From the IMG/VR virus record IMGVR_UViG_3300014019_000001, positions 32,001-96,000 of that record: a stretch of DNA of 64,000 nt. One strand, written 5' to 3'. The number at the start of each line of letters is the position of its first letter. The first letter of the stretch is position 1. The stretch comes from a virus (Duplodnaviria > Caudoviricetes). Below the pieces are notes generated by a model. That model searched no databases. It saw only the letters and a list, made by a program, of their open reading frames with translations, and had not been told where the DNA came from. A program made the position numbers and the translations under genes. This document shows positions 17,820-26,346 of this stretch, piece after piece.

Positions 17820-18115
17820 GCTGCGAGCTCCTTTGCAGAAAGTGGGCCGGTGGGCGGCTCAAGGTCGATGAGGTGCGCGGCGGTTTCCTTCACGATCTCC
17901 TGCTTGTCGCCGACAAGCAGCCATCCGTCGTCGTCACTCAAGGGATCGTAGATGACCTGGCAATCGGGCGAGGCATACTTCTGGGCGCGTTCAAGCAGAC
18001 CATCCGGTCGATCCGAGGCGTTCTCGAACTCCTTCCAGGTGGCGAGCTTGAAGCCGTAGGACTCGACAGCCTTCAGTGAAGCATCGAAATTCGCGAGCAG
18101 TTCCTCGGTCGTCAC
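17816..18115 (-). CDS. Hypothetical protein
   Basis: GGAGG RBS, coupled. Confidence 0.6.
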   Translation of the reverse strand: MTTEELLANFDASLKAVESYGFKLATWKEFENASDRPDGLLERAQKYASPDCQVIYDPLSDDDGWLLVGDKQEIVKETAAHLIDLEPPTGPLSAKELAA

Positions 18116-18351
18116 GTCGGCCTCCCGTCGCAGCAGGGGCAGGTCTCGAAACGGCCGTTGCGCTCGTCGGCGTAGTTGTAGATGGCTGCGCCGTTGACCG
18201 AAGCCTGCTCTGGATATTCTGCACAGGGGTCGCCGTGGCAGAATGCACAGGTTCCGTCAGGTCCACGGGCGTATTCGGCGATATAGGCTACTTCGCACTC
18301 GTAGCCTGAGATATGCATCTTGGGCATTGGGTTTTCCTTCTGAGGGTTCAT
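18112..18351 (-). CDS. Small Cys-rich protein
   Basis: CxxC...CPCC motifs. Confidence 0.55.
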   Translation of the reverse strand: MNPQKENPMPKMHISGYECEVAYIAEYARGPDGTCAFCHGDPCAEYPEQASVNGAAIYNYADERNGRFETCPCCDGRPT

Positions 18352-18419
18352 TGATCACCCTCCGCAGCCTACTGATCCCGAATTAGCTATAGCGCTAATT
18401 GGCGATTTCGGATTCTTGG

Positions 18420-18755
18420 AGGGGATCGTGAGCACTCAAGCGGGCACACTTCCCGGAAATGGCTGGTTGGTCTTTTGACCGCCAAGAGCGGGGTAGGGAC
18501 TTTTCACCCAGACTGTCCGAACGGACGGGGCGACGGATTTACCGATGATCGGCTATTTGCGTTCGGAGGTAGCCACCCTCATTCGGACGTCGGCGTCGAG
18601 CGCATGTTTCTCCTCGCGTTCTGCCGGTAATTCAGGCGACCGGCGGCACCATCGTCTCAAACGTTCAGTGCTGATGGGCTGTTTGCGTCCGAGGTTGCCA
18701 TCCTCATCACTTGATCCAGGTCGTGCGCGCTCTCCTCGCTGCTCTGCTTTGATGC
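18420..18755 (-). ncRNA. Candidate structured RNA or leader with two pseudoknot-like repeats
   Basis: No convincing ORF; related 36-37-nt units at 18546-18582 and 18672-18707; promoter-like element at 18760-18790. Confidence 0.4.
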
Positions 18756-18887
18756 TTAGACAGTAGCGCGATGCGATCAGGTTTGCGGCCGGATCGTCAC
18801 GGTAAGTAAGCGGTTAGCTCTATAGCGGGACGCAGAAGGGTCGCCACGGGTTTGTGGCGAAGGTGATACGGAGGAGAGGCGGAGTGC

Positions 18888-19118
18888 TTACGAGAAGGGG
18901 TGGGGCTGGGTTTGCATGAAGAGCTCGGCCTGCCCCATGGCATCCCGATGCTGGCTGATCTGGTAGAGCTCCTCGACCGTGATCTTGAAGACCTGATCTC
19001 GGAGCCGGAGATACATGTCGCCGCTCGACCCTTGGGCGACACTCGAATCCTGATCAAGCTGGCCATCGCGAATGATGGCGTTGGCGATCATCTTGTAGAC
19101 TTCGTTCCGGCTGGTCAT
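18888..19118 (-). CDS. Hypothetical protein
   Basis: GGAG RBS. Confidence 0.5.
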   Translation of the reverse strand: MTSRNEVYKMIANAIIRDGQLDQDSSVAQGSSGDMYLRLRDQVFKITVEELYQISQHRDAMGQAELFMQTQPHPFS

Positions 19119-19378
19119 GACTTTCTCCCAAGCTGATGAGGGAGATTAAGCCATGAATCCGGTCGGAGGAAAGAACCCAGCGTAATCATCTAGGTCGTTT
19201 ACGTCGATGGTGATGTTTTCTGTCACCCCAGCGCCGTCCGTCACCTCAAAGGTGATCTTCTTGTCATCCATCATGGCGCGCATGAGTTCCTTATAAGCCT
19301 CAAGAGCTGCATGACGGTTATCGGTCACATTTTGGATCTTCGAGGTGATCGAGACGATATGGGGCACAGCGCACTCCC

Positions 19379-19759
19379 TTAAAGGTTCTTCAGGTTCTCG
19401 AGCTCCGTGAAGCGCTCGTAGCGGATCTCCGGCGAGCGGCACCAGGCGGTGTTTTCGTAGACGCCCGTCGGCCGGCCGTTGCTCATGGCGACGACGTAGC
19501 CCATTCGGCCGACGTATCCGCCAAAGCCGTTTTTGCTGTTCGCCTTCACGCAGACGTAATTGTGGGTAGCGTTACCCATGATCCAGGAGATCTGGGCGTC
19601 ACGCACGGAGTAGGGGTCTCGAAGCGCGTCGCGCGCTGCCTCGGCGATCGCCACACGCACCGCCTTGGTGACGGGCTTCTGGCTGGCGAGCTGCTCAGGA
19701 CCGGTCATGCAGCCGGATAGTGCAACGGCTGCGGTAGTGAGAAGGATGATTGAACGCAT
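19379..19759 (-). CDS. Lipoprotein
   Basis: Lipobox ALSGC; LRDPYS..VCVKANSKNGFGGYVG motif. Confidence 0.8.
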   Translation of the reverse strand: MRSIILLTTAAVALSGCMTGPEQLASQKPVTKAVRVAIAEAARDALRDPYSVRDAQISWIMGNATHNYVCVKANSKNGFGGYVGRMGYVVAMSNGRPTGVYENTAWCRSPEIRYERFTELENLKNL

Positions 19760-19839
19760 AGATACCCCTCAAACGCGAAATTCTCTCATAAGAGGAATAT
19801 AGCGATGCTGCAACGGGGTAGCGTTGGGTGCCCGAAGAC

Positions 19840-20301
19840 TCACGCCTCGTCCGGATCGATGCCGGTGATATTGTGGAGCTCGTCGAGCGACAGATGAAGC
19901 TCGTCTTCCTCGGGAATGATGTAGTCCGCGAGGTAAGTTTCAAATTCGTGGGTGGTGCGGATGCGCTCGATCAATTCGATGAAAGCCACGGCCATCAGAT
20001 CGTGGTCGGCATCTGGGTGAATTGTCCAGCCATTGGCATTGAGGAATAGGAAACCTGCGTCAAACGCCGTGCGTTTGTTGCCTTGCTCAAAAGCGTGCGC
20101 CATGGCGATACCCTCCATGTAGGATACCGCCAGATTCAGAGCATCCGGCTCTTCGTAAGCCCACAGGTTTTGAGGGCGCATAAGTGCGCCCTCAAGCTTC
20201 TCTGGGAACAACAGGGCATGATGCTCGCCTGTCGCTATGGTGTTTTCGAGATTGATATTGACGACGACTTCGGTAGGAAGCCAAATAGGTTCACTTCGCA
20301 A
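19840..20301 (-). CDS. doc: Doc/Fic-family toxin
   Basis: HAFEQGNKRTA motif (Doc-type K); LEGALMRPQN. Confidence 0.85.
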   Translation of the reverse strand: MRSEPIWLPTEVVVNINLENTIATGEHHALLFPEKLEGALMRPQNLWAYEEPDALNLAVSYMEGIAMAHAFEQGNKRTAFDAGFLFLNANGWTIHPDADHDLMAVAFIELIERIRTTHEFETYLADYIIPEEDELHLSLDELHNITGIDPDEA

Positions 20302-20434
20302 GGACGGCGTGAACCTTCGGGAAGCGCTTCATGGCGGTCGCGATCAGCTTGTCATAGTTCACCGGCGCCTTCGAAGGACGCACGTCGAACGTCTTCCTGG
20401 TTTCGGTAACGGTGATAGCTTTTACGGCGCTCAT
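20291..20434 (-). CDS. Putative 47-aa antitoxin of Doc
   Basis: Manual reading MSAVKAIT...MKRFPKVHAVLAK; overlaps the doc start; GAGG RBS. Confidence 0.55.
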   Translation of the reverse strand: MSAVKAITVTETRKTFDVRPSKAPVNYDKLIATAMKRFPKVHAVLAK

Positions 20435-20567
20435 AGTAGTGGCCTCTCTTTATGCGATCTGTTTTATCAGTTGAGTCTTAGGGATGCAAACTGAATCAAC
20501 AGGAGGCGAACGGGCAGCGAGCAGCGATGTTCCCCTAAAGTTACGCATTGACTCATGAAGCCATAGT

Positions 20568-20582
20568 GAACAAATAAGGAAC
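20568..20582 (+). promoter_or_regulatory. Alphaproteobacterial LexA (SOS) box
   Basis: GAAC-AAATAAG-GAAC abutting the ATG at 20583; TTGACT at 20548. Confidence 0.7.
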
Positions 20583-20873
20583 ATGAGGCATCGACGTGGC
20601 ATTGACCTGACAGTGCGGGAGAGCCGCTACGACATTCTTTACCTGGGACCGCTCCTGGATCCGGTGCATACGACCTTTGACGATATCCCGGAGTGGCACG
20701 CCCTGGGCGGCCATTGTGCCCGTTGCGAGCGCACCGGCTGGATCAACCGCTGGGAGGTCTCAAGGAAGTGGGGCAAGCACACTTTCCTAGGCTCACTCGC
20801 CGGTCGACTGAGGTGCTTAGGGTGCGGCAACAAGGATGGGAACAAGTGGATTCTCGGCAAGCTGCCAAGATAA
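20583..20873 (+). CDS. Zinc-ribbon protein, SOS-controlled
   Basis: CARC...LRCLGC; preceded by the SOS box. Confidence 0.7.
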   Translation: MRHRRGIDLTVRESRYDILYLGPLLDPVHTTFDDIPEWHALGGHCARCERTGWINRWEVSRKWGKHTFLGSLAGRLRCLGCGNKDGNKWILGKLPR

Positions 20874-20934
20874 TTCTTGCAAAATAAATAGTGGCCACTA
20901 AATATATAACCGTCGCTAACGAAAGGAGACGGTT

Positions 20935-21276
20935 ATGGAAAGAAGGCATGAGGATCAGATGCGCGCCGTGATCGAGCGCGTTCAAACCCACGGCGTCGCA
21001 GAGGTTCTGAAGAGTGAGATCCGCTTGTGGTTTGGCCAGGACAGAGTAGGGCGCCGCACCTGGCGCCAGATCGCCCAGATGTGGCGCGAGACCAGTCAGG
21101 ACATCTCCAAGCACAAGATGTTGGTCGGCGGGCTCGACACCGAGCATTGGTATTTCGTCTATGCCTACAACGCACCGACCAACGCGGCTTCGTATCTCAA
21201 GGACGTGCGTTACCTCGCCGGCGAGGTCAATCCGGAAGGGCTGCCGGTTGCAATTCCGGAAGACGGCGAGGAGTGA
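20935..21276 (+). CDS. Hypothetical protein
   Basis: AGGAG RBS. Confidence 0.6.
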   Translation: MERRHEDQMRAVIERVQTHGVAEVLKSEIRLWFGQDRVGRRTWRQIAQMWRETSQDISKHKMLVGGLDTEHWYFVYAYNAPTNAASYLKDVRYLAGEVNPEGLPVAIPEDGEE

Positions 21277-21450
21277 ATATTGCCTAGGAGCGAGCGTAGT
21301 TGATACGCTCGTCTTCCTGAACCTGCCATGGGAGCGGCGGCCGGATTGTTAACCACCTGTTAAGGTTAATGGTTTCTTACGCTGAAAACTCTAGTGGACC
21401 ATTAAGGTTCGCTAGAGAGGAGGGTAGGGAAGGAGAGGGTGTTGCTGCTC

Positions 21451-21972
21451 TCACAAATACCTTCCCAGGAACTGGCGCACTTCGTCATCGGTCATGTCGC
21501 CGAGGTCGCTGGCGCCAGGGCAGACAAGAACGTCATCGCCGAGCTTCGCCAGCGGCACACCGCTTGGTCCAGGGTCACACACCGCAACCGTTGCTCTCGA
21601 TATCGAGCGCAGCCAAGGAATGATCTGCTTCGGATCGTTCGACAGCGTGCCGATGCCGGCCAAGCCCAGGTTATGAACGCGCACGGCATCGAACAGGCCT
21701 TCCATCAGGAAGAGAGGGCCGGGGCGGTCAAAGGTTTCCAGTCCGAACACAGCGATGTGCCCGTTTGATCGATAGGTGTAGTAACGCCCGTCGCGCGGAT
21801 GGTTCTTCGCCTTCTTGTCAGCATCTGGGCGATACTGCTGATAGCCGCACAGCACGCCTGACAGATTGTAGAGCATAAAGGTCGCGACACGCTCCCGCTC
21901 ATCGATCGCTGGTGAATAGAGGGAGAAGTCGACGTGCCGGTCCTTCAGGTGCTGAATCATTGAAGGTGTCAT
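21451..21972 (-). CDS. Minimal TOPRIM (primase-like) protein
   Basis: LMEGLFDA, VCDPGPSG, DLGDM. Confidence 0.75.
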   Translation of the reverse strand: MTPSMIQHLKDRHVDFSLYSPAIDERERVATFMLYNLSGVLCGYQQYRPDADKKAKNHPRDGRYYTYRSNGHIAVFGLETFDRPGPLFLMEGLFDAVRVHNLGLAGIGTLSNDPKQIIPWLRSISRATVAVCDPGPSGVPLAKLGDDVLVCPGASDLGDMTDDEVRQFLGRYL

Positions 21973-24258
21973 CCGCCCACCTGCTCGGCCATAAGGGCGT
22001 ATTTGGCTTCGAGCACAGGCACCAGCGCCAGCATCTCCGTCTCGGTCAGATCGTCGTGCTCCTCGATCTCGGGAATGATGCCGCCCTCATCGGGGTCGCC
22101 GCGCACCAGGATGTCGTAATAGTGGATCTCCTCACCGCGCTCAGCGATGCGATCATCGTGCATGGCGAAGACCTGAATCTCGGTCGCAGGCGTCACTTGC
22201 TTTCTTCCTTGAGGCAGCTCGGGCAAACGTCTTCCCGGAAATTGACGTCCGGCTCGCAAACGATGCGCCAGCCGGCCTCTTGCGCGGCTCTCTTGGTCTC
22301 GCCGTCGTAGGGCCAGGGAAGGTTCAGGCTGAACGTCGTCACCTTGCATCGATCACACAGAATGTATCGGCCGCCTTGGGGCATCAGAATCTCCCGTATT
22401 TGGGGCTGGAGCGCATCGCGTCAGCCTCGGCTAGACGGAGCGCCCGTTCACCGGAACGGTGCTCGCGGACTCCCTGTGCGCCTTCTGCGAGGTAGATTTC
22501 GTGTTCCTCTTCCGTATCGAAGGCGTCGGTGCAGAAGCTGCATGGAGGATTGCCCGTCCAGCACGAACATCCACGGTCGAGTAACTCGCCATCCGGATCT
22601 TCGAATATCTTTCTCTCCGCTGGCGCTCCGTGATGAGCTGGAAGATTAAGTCGCATCACTCGACCTCATTGGAGAGCGACCCGGAGCGAGATCCTCTGGT
22701 CTTCGTTACCGACGAAGTGAATGACCTGCTCGACCATGTGAATGTCGCCTCGTGGCGCGCTGTCGATGATCAGGATCTCGCCGGCTCTAGGAACGTGTTT
22801 GAGATTGACCTCCCAATACCGCCCGGTCAGTTCCTGCGTATCGCTGACCTCTTCCACTTGAACCTTCATCAATCGACACTCCACGTTTTCACGATTTCTT
22901 CCACGGATTCGAACTTCATTGGCGCCTTGCCTTCCTCGATCACCGTGAGGATGTCGCTGCAATGGATCAGGGCGAAGCGCATACGGCGCTCGGCATTCGT
23001 GATCCACGGCTGCGTCTTGAGCGGCAGGTGGTTCATGGGCCAGGAGGCGACATCGCGGATCTTCTCGGCATCATGCTTCATACGCTCCTGATAATGGGCG
23101 TCACGGATTTGCTTCTTCTTCAGGGCGCGCTCGTTGAGGAGATCGGCGAGACGCCGGCCGGGATCTGCCGCCCGTGCTGCTTCTTGCGTCAGGGCACGCA
23201 CGTCCTCGGGGCTGAGAAGCATGAATTCGCGGAGCTCGTCCTTGATATGGGCATGCGCTGCTTTCCAGATATCGGGGCGCTGGTGCCAGGGGAGGGTGTT
23301 GTTAGACATGGTTCAGTCCACCGGAGCGAGTTGTTTCCAGATCCAGATGTCGCCGGCCTCGTCTTCGTAGCAGGTCTCGCCGTTTTCATCGGGAAGCGGC
23401 ACCTGTGTATCCCAATGGACCTTGCTCTCGCCGGCGTAGCAGGGCGTGCCGTCAGGCTTGAAGCCAGACACCGCTGCCGTCACAAGGACATGCTCGCAGA
23501 CGCCGACGATCACAGCGCCGGTTGGCGATTTGTAGCGGCTTGGCTCCTGAAGATCCGCGAGATAGTTGTTCAGCGCGTCCTCGACCTCGGTCTTCGTGAC
23601 CATTTCCATGATTTTGACCGCCTGGGATCAGGCCGTCTTCGATCTCGGATCGGTCGCTTCCCAGAATTTGTGACCGACCGGCGCCTGGTAGCCACTGCCG
23701 ATCAACTCAGCGAGGATGTGGCGGGCCAGATCGTTCGTTTCGTGGACAATCTGCTCGTCGGTTCTCATGATGCCTTTCCTTCGATTGCTGTGCCGGCGGG
23801 GCGATAGCTGTCGTCAAATTCCGGCTGTTTGGATCGGGCGATGACGTCGCGGATCTTCATCAGCAGCTCTCGCGGGAAGATGCTCTCCACCGCCTTGCAT
23901 GCCTCCAGGTTTTCGACCGAGGCGCCACAGAGCGGGCAGGGGTTGGGCACGTCGTTGTGGCAAGGGCATCGCTTTGACGCCCAATCCACCACTTCCTTGA
24001 GCATGGCCACGGCATCAGTCATCACCAGCGTCCTTCTGTGATCATGCGCGCCTGAATGCCGTTGGCGTCGTAGTCGCCGGGACGAAGCTCCAACTGGCGC
24101 GCCGCTTCGTCGATGAAGTGGCTGTAACTCGGACCCATGCCGACGTCCGGGCATGCGTCGTCGTAGCGCTTGAGCGCCATAGCCAGTCGGAAGACGGCAA
24201 TGTTGGCGTCGACACACTTCATGGCTTCGACTCCAGGCCCATCATCAGGGTGCAGCAC
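21969..24258 (-). other. Array of about 9 short coupled hypothetical ORFs (21969..22196, 22193..22384, 22384..22659, 22666..22869, 22869..23309, 23313..23609, 23765..24022, 24022..24258)
   Basis: Overlapping stop/start codons; several carry CxxC motifs. Confidence 0.55.
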
Positions 24259-24776
24259 TGCGACCAGGCGCGCTGCCAGAGCGTTTCGTCGCCACCACGC
24301 AGGGCGCGTTCCAGCAGCTCCTTCTTCTCGCGCAGATAGACGGGCGCGAAGCCGGGGTCGTAAAGGGCGATCGAGGACGTGTTGTCGATCAGGTCGGCGA
24401 TCTTGATGGTCTTGGTCTGGTTCGACGCCTCGGCCAGCCGGTTGAGGTTGATCTCGAAGCGCTCCTTGCGATTGCCCGCCTCCAGACCGACATTCGTCAG
24501 CGCCTGGACCTTCAAGTAGACCACGGTGCCAAACTGGTCCTCGATGTGGTCGAGGGTGATGCCGGTGTCTTCCACCACGTCATGCAGCAAGGCGGCTGCG
24601 ACGTCGGTCCAGTGATGCCCGTGGACGGTCTGCACGATGGCGGCCACGGCACGCGGATGGGCGATATAGGCTTCGCCCGTGTATTTGCGCACCTGGCGGG
24701 CACCGGTATGTGCCGCGAAGGCGAACAGATCCGCCGTCTGGATCATGCGAGATCCGAGGTTGGAATAGTGGTTCAT
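24219..24776 (-). CDS. HD-domain small alarmone hydrolase (Mesh1/SpoT-like)
   Basis: RKYTGEAYIAHP, AALLHDVVEDT, KIADLIDN. Confidence 0.85.
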   Translation of the reverse strand: MNHYSNLGSRMIQTADLFAFAAHTGARQVRKYTGEAYIAHPRAVAAIVQTVHGHHWTDVAAALLHDVVEDTGITLDHIEDQFGTVVYLKVQALTNVGLEAGNRKERFEINLNRLAEASNQTKTIKIADLIDNTSSIALYDPGFAPVYLREKKELLERALRGGDETLWQRAWSQCCTLMMGLESKP

Positions 24777-25107
24777 CCGAAGAACCCTCCGCAGGCGAGC
24801 ACGATCAGGGTGATGAGGGTGACGACGATCTGCACGGGCGCGCGAATGACGACCTCCTTCCCGTTCTTGGATGCTGCCGCGATCATGCCGAAGGCAAGCC
24901 ACGCGAGGATGACCCACTGCGGCCAGCCGAAGGATGCGACGTTGATCATTCCATTTCCTCTCTCGTTTTGCGCTATAGGTAAGCGCTTACTGATCATGCT
25001 CGGGGTCAAAGCGCCTTGGTCGGACAAGGCTTCCCACGAGTTTCGGGGTGCTACTGAAACGCCCTCATGCGTGACGGAGTTCGCACATACCCGCCGACAA
25101 GCTAAAC

Positions 25108-25194
25108 TGGAGTGCTGAGCAGGATTCGAACCTGCGACGCCCTTACGGGACCGGATTTGCAATCCGGCGCGTTCAACCACTTCGCTACCAGCAC
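25108..25194 (-). tRNA. tRNA-Cys(GCA) with a long variable arm
   Basis: Acceptor GTGCTGG/TCAGCAC, U73, CCA; anticodon arm CCGGA TTGCAAA TCCGG; variable arm CCC-GTAA-GGG; 87 nt. Confidence 0.85.
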
Positions 25195-25196
25195 GA

Positions 25197-25920
25197 ATGA
25201 CGATGGACACAAGGCAAGCTCGAAGCTGCATCCGGTTCTCCCGGATCACTACGGGCGATCAACTCCGCAAGCCATCGTCATCTTGGCGAGCTTCCATCGC
25301 GCCTCCCCAGGTGTCTTTTTGCGACTGAGGTCTACCTGGTTACACCTGCTTGCCGTCGCTATTCAGCGCCAGCGAATTTCTCCTGGGAGAGACAGCCAAT
25401 CTCTCCTTTCTCAGCGCCGCAGATTGTCGAAGGCTTTCTCCGCTGCGCCACTACTCAGCCCGTCAATTCGGACCCAAGACCTTGTTGCCCATTCGGGCGA
25501 AACTGGCGCTCACGAGAGGAGTCGAACCTCTAGCCGGCTGGCCTGTGACTTGCGTCACTCCGACTGCTTCCGACGTCACCCGACAGCTATTCGACCCTTA
25601 TCCGGAGTCCAGATCGACATCGCCTGGAAGCTAGAGCATTGTGCGGCACTCTCTCCGCCCGTCACGATTTCACTCGTCGCCGAGGTCGCGACCCTCGGAT
25701 GCCTTAATTTTCAGCCCACGCTGGAGACATAGGATAGCTACTCCTCGCTCCGTCACTGACCAGATCAACGCCCGCCTAGAATAGGCAGAAGATCCAGAGG
25801 CTACCGGCGCCCGTGGCGCTTGGGCAGTGGGCATTATCGGCGCTTCAATTCTGGCGTTACCGCCAACTCTGACGCACCAATCTCACTTATTTCATTCCCG
25901 ACACCTCATTCGCTGTTGCT
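25197..25920 (-). ncRNA. Large structured ncRNA, GOLLD-like candidate
   Basis: About 720 nt without a credible ORF, downstream of the promoter at 25950-25975; many hairpins, an internal T-arm, and long-range pairing ATGACGATGG/CCATCGTCAT; abuts the tRNA. Confidence 0.55.
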
Positions 25921-25992
25921 GTGCGATCTAACTAAGTGCTTACATATCTCTTATAACGCGCTTAGCGTCGGGTCACTATTGGATTCTTCAGG

Positions 25993-26346
25993 TCAGTAAT
26001 CGGAGGCGTAGAACAGGGACAGGACGCGGATGGTCACGGCGGGATCCTCCGGGTGATTGCTGCCGCTCTCCTCGTCCAAGGCGTAGTAGTCGATCTTGAA
26101 CATGAAGGGCTTGCTCTCGCCCTCAACCGTGAACGTGCCGAAATCGTGCTCATGGTAGGGATCATTGTCCTCCGGCCAGTCGTCGAAGGTTCGCAGCGCC
26201 TGGATGATCGGTGTCAGCCGCTCACGGTCAGGGCGTTCCCGCGCGAGATCGCCGGTAAGAATGCTGTGACCGTTGATCGATCTTCCGGTTGTCCGAAGCT
26301 CGTCGTTGAGATTGCGGGTGCGGATTTTCTTCTCTTCCTCTGTCAC
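25993..26346 (-). CDS. DUF3768-like protein
   Basis: LNDELR, DNDPYHEHDFG, FKIDYY, RVL. Confidence 0.75.
   Translation of the reverse strand: MTEEEKKIRTRNLNDELRTTGRSINGHSILTGDLARERPDRERLTPIIQALRTFDDWPEDNDPYHEHDFGTFTVEGESKPFMFKIDYYALDEESGSNHPEDPAVTIRVLSLFYASDY

Noticed and set aside
25504-25820. tmRNA or a separate tRNA gene at the internal T-arm/CCA
   Set aside because: There is no G3-U70 alanine acceptor, the discriminator is G, and no adjacent D-arm or anticodon arm is present; treated as a domain of the larger ncRNA.
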